Source: Selaginella moellendorffii
Taxonomy: Eukaryota > Plantae > Lycopodiophyta
Length of the DNA: 64,000 bases
Direction: 5' to 3'
NCBI RefSeq assembly: GCF_000143415.4
Contig: NW_003314340.1
Coordinates: 127,295 to 191,294, forward strand
Shown: piece after piece, positions 60,315 through 64,000 of the stretch
How positions within the stretch are numbered: the stretch's first letter is position 1
How the letters are laid out: every line of letters starts with the position of its first letter
Made by a program: the position numbers and the translations under genes
The notes under the pieces: model-generated
Told to the model about the DNA's origin: nothing
Database searches by the model: none
What the model saw: only the letters and a program-made list of their open reading frames with translations

Positions 60315-63300
60315 TGTCAAGACCCCTGACAAGATCAAGACTGGAAAATGCAAAAAGACAAAGAGAAAAGTTAGTGGAAACAAAGAAGAGGCCTTAGACT
60401 GGCGTTGATTTAGATTGTGGAGAAATGGAACAAGGCTAACCTATATATACTATAGGTTGATGAAGCTCCACCACTCTTGGATTGAGGACGGCCTAAATAT
60501 AGCTGAGGTCGAGGAGGCGCCACATCATCATCAGGAATGTGGTTCGAGACTCAGGAATCGGGAAGTGTCTCGAGAGTCAGGAATAGGGAAGTGTCTCGAG
60601 AGTCAGGAATAGGGAAGTGTCTCGAGAGTCAGGAATAGGGAAGTGTCTCGAGAGTCAGGAATGTGGTTTGCAGGTCAGGAATCCGGCGAGAGTCAAGAAT
60701 GTGGCAAGAATTGGGGGATTCCTGACAGCACCCCCTCCTCAAGAACGAGTGGAACGAGGATGTGAACGAGAACGAAGAGGAGGATGAGATGAGCGGCGAA
60801 GGATGGGAGATGGAGAAAAAGAATGAGGACTAGGACGAGAAGGATAGCAGCGGTGGAAGTCTTGAACAAGGTCAGGAGAATGAATCAGGTTGTCCGCAGG
60901 TTCCCAAGTGCGTTCCTCAGGTCCGTAACCCTTCCAGTCCACCAAATAGTAGAGTTTAGACCGTGAAATCTTGGAATCAAGGATGTCCTGAACCTCGTAC
61001 TCAGACCCATCCTCGAGCTGCACTGGTGGAGGTGGAGGAATGACCCGATTTGGAATAGGACTGGGATTATAAGGCTCAAGGAGAGAGGAGTGAAAAACGG
61101 GGTGAATTTGATATGAGGAGGGAAGTGCAAGGCGATAAGTGACAGGATTAATGATGGCAGTGATAGGGAAAGGACAAAGGCGTTTGAAATTGAGTTTTGG
61201 ATAGGGCCTGGTGGTGGAGATATTTCGCTTGAAGAGCCAGACTTATCCCCGATATTGTAAGGGGGACAATCCTGACGATGGACATTGGCAAATGTTTTAT
61301 GAGATTCCTGAGCACGATGGAGGTGGAAGGAGATGGAGTTGTGGATTTCCTGGAGGTTGGAGATAAATGCCTCAGAGCGGGGATTTGAACGAGAGGATTC
61401 AGATGGAGAAGGAAGTGAGAGATTGAATTGGGGATTTCGGCCAGAGTTTGCAAAGAAGGGGGAAACTCGAAGAGAGGAGTGAACAGAGTTGTTATAGGAG
61501 AACTCAGCAAGAGGAAGGATATCGAACCAGTTATCCTGATGATAGTTGATGAAGCACCTCAAGAATTGTTCCAACATCTGAATCGTTCGCTCGGACTGCC
61601 CATCAGTTTGAGGATGATATACCGAAGAGAGGTTGGCCTTCACTCCAAGCAGCTGCAAAAACCGTTGCTAGAAATGAGAGATGAACTGAGGCCCCCGATC
61701 CGAAACCACATCTGTAGGAATCCCATGAAGTCAGAAAATTTCCCTGAATACCAGTTTTGCCATGTCCTCGCCCAAAAACTCCTTGGTATATGGCAAGAAG
61801 TGCACCATCTTTGTGAAGCGATCCACCACGACTAAAATGCTGTTGAAGCCTCCAGAACTCAGAAGATCACTCAAGAAATCCATGGAGATGGATTCCCAAG
61901 GACCTGAAGGGACCAGAAGGGAACGAAGCAAACCTGAAGGAAGGTGGCGAGGTACCTTATTTCGGGCACAAGTGTCACAGGAGGTAACAAAAGCTTTGAT
62001 GTAGTTGTCCATGTGAGGCCACCAAAAGTCCCGTACAACTAGCTCATAGGTTTTCGCAATGCCGAAGTGACTAGCAGTCGGGCTATCGTGGCACGCCATC
62101 AGGACCAACCTTCGAGCATCACCTTCAGGAACGTAAAGCTGCTCCCCACGGTACAATAAACCATCTAAGAACTCGAACTCGTCAAATCGCCGGCAGTCGG
62201 GAGTCACTGGGTGTCCAGCCTGAAGATGGGGGAAAATGTCGCTAGCGAGATCATCGGATTGAAGATCGTTTTTGATTGCATCCATCAAGGAGGAGTCCTG
62301 AGGGGCCAGGGAAATTGCCATAACTTGAAGCCGATCAGGACCGAGGATAACTTGATCCTGTTGATCGAAGGCAGGATTACCAGGCCTGAGACTGAGATAG
62401 GAGCGCCTTGAAAGAGCATCAGAAAGGCCTTGAAACTTTCCAGGTCTGTACTTGATAACAAAGTCAAATCGACTTAGGAATTGTGCCCACCTTGCTTGAC
62501 GACGGCTTAAAACTCGGGAAGTGGCAAAGTACTCGAGATTTTTGTGATCCGTCCAGACTGTTGTTTGATGGCTTGCCCCCTCCAAGAAACGGTGCCACTC
62601 TCCAAAGGAATCCACGATGGCAAGGAGCTCCTTGTCGTGGATTTCGTAATTGATCTCTGCAGGCTGGAATTTCCGAGAATGGAAAGTGACCGGATGAAGT
62701 TTGTGATCCGCTCCGAGTTGAGACAGCACAGCACCAATGGCAAAGTCGGAGGCATCAGCCTCGATGAAGAAAGGTTGTGAGGAATCAGCATGGATCAAGA
62801 CAGGAGCAGAACTGAAGGCTACCTTGAGTGTGTCGAAGGCCTGTTGGGCAGCGGCAGACCAAGAGAAGGGAACATCCTTGTGAGTGAGATGTGTGAGAGG
62901 AAGGACAATGTCAGAGTAGTGATCAATGAATTTGTGGTAGAAGTTGGCGAAGCCAAGGAAAACCTGAACGTCTGACATTGATTGTGGAGGCTCCCATTCG
63001 AGAATAGTCTTGACTTTGGCAGGATCCATCGTGATACCCTCAGGAGTGACAATGTACCCAAGGAACTCCACAGACTGCTGATCAAAGGAACATTTCTCAA
63101 GCTTCGCGTATAGGCCGTGTTCTTGCAGCTTCGCTAGCACCTTGTGTACATGTTCGTCATGCTCCTCCTGAGTTTTTGAGTAGATGAGGATGTCATCGAG
63201 GTAGACGATCACCATCTGATCAAGAAACTCCCGAAAGACGTCATTCGCCATGTGTTGGAAAACTGCTAGAGCATTTGTCAAGCCAAATGGCATAACAGTG

Positions 63301-64000
63301 TACTCGAAGTGGCCATAGCGGGTTCGGAACGCAGTCTTCCATTCATCACCAGGCCGGATCCGGATCAGGTTGTATGCTCCACGGAGGTCGATCTTGGTGA
63401 AGAAGTGGGCACCGCCGAGACGTTCTAACAGGTCCGAGATCAGGGGCAGCGGATAACGGTTTCAAACAGTCACCTTGTTCAAACCTCGGTAGTCGATGAC
63501 TAGCCGCAAGCTCCCATCCTTCTTCTTGACAAAGAAGACAGGCGCTCCAGCCGGGGACTGCGAATGCTGAATGTAGCCCGAGGCAAGGTTCTCATCCACG
63601 TACTCTTTGAGGGCCTTAAGCTCGGACGGGGATAACCCATAGATAGGCCCCCACGGAGGTGACGCTCCTTCCTGTAAATCAATGGAACAATCATAAGGTT
63701 GATGAACAGGCAGTACACTAGCTTTTTTCTTGTCAAACACATCCCCAAAATCATGATACTTCTCAGGAAAACTGACAGGAAAAACATGCAAAGCAAAAAG
63801 AAAAAGAGGTTCTTCATAAAGGAGTTCTTTCATAGTGATTGTGGAGATAGGAGGAGGTGTACGACTAAATGGAATGATGAGACGAGGATACGGTCCAGTG
63901 TAAGATGGAAGAGAGGAAAAAGAAGAGGGTGAAAACTTTATAGAGTCAGGAACAGAACCCCGATTTGAGTTTAGGGAACTTTTCCTGATTCGGACTCGAT
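60315..64000 (-). mobile_element. Nested chromovirus (Tcn1-like); 3' LTR 60315-60727; pol with stops and frameshifts, running off the window
   Basis: tgtca..tgaca; PPT gaggaggggg; YLDD, EADASD, NYEIHDKELLAIV, HPQTDGQSER, and chromodomain EYEVQDIL..VDWKGY..WEP. Confidence 0.92.
60549..60662. repeat. 26-bp tandem repeat (about 4.4 copies) inside the LTR
   Basis: Unit gagtcaggaatagggaagtgtctcga. Confidence 0.95.

Noticed and set aside
3747-63464. Programmed readthrough or RNA editing of the many in-frame stops
   Set aside because: The stops are TAG, TAA or TGA at positions compatible with Trp, Gln or Arg codons, the expected result of methyl-cytosine deamination.

Overview
Eukaryotic land-plant nuclear DNA. 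Very short (about 46-75 nt) introns, tight gene spacing and the TE content suggest a compact lycophyte genome such as Selaginella; this is inference, not a database match. The first ~36 kb is transposon-derived: a stop-interrupted DDE transposase with palindromic repeats, a degenerate short-LTR Ty3 element, a 100-N gap, a 5S-rRNA-containing (Cassandra-like) LTR in an inverted arrangement, an L1 LINE relic carrying a solo LTR, a young chromovirus (23968-31470) and a Copia relic. The 37-56 kb region is gene-dense: two 10-Cys hevein-like peptides, a UGT, an ARM-repeat protein, a cytochrome b5-fused fatty-acid 2-hydroxylase, DusA, S-formylglutathione hydrolase, a flavin amine oxidase, Ycf23/DUF561, GH3, a class I chitinase and a PPR pseudogene. 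A partial Ycf23-GH3 duplicate follows, broken by two nested Ty3 elements. Top observations: (1) the young chromovirus has two GT-AG intron-like inserts in its integrase, and removing them exactly restores conserved motifs and frame; (2) the 5S-bearing LTR shares its termini and primer site with that chromovirus, making it a candidate autonomous/non-autonomous pair; (3) non-canonical introns (AT-AC, GA-AG, GC-AG) and 63-71 bp intergenic gaps occur in a co-oriented three-gene run. All coordinates and alignments were done by eye.
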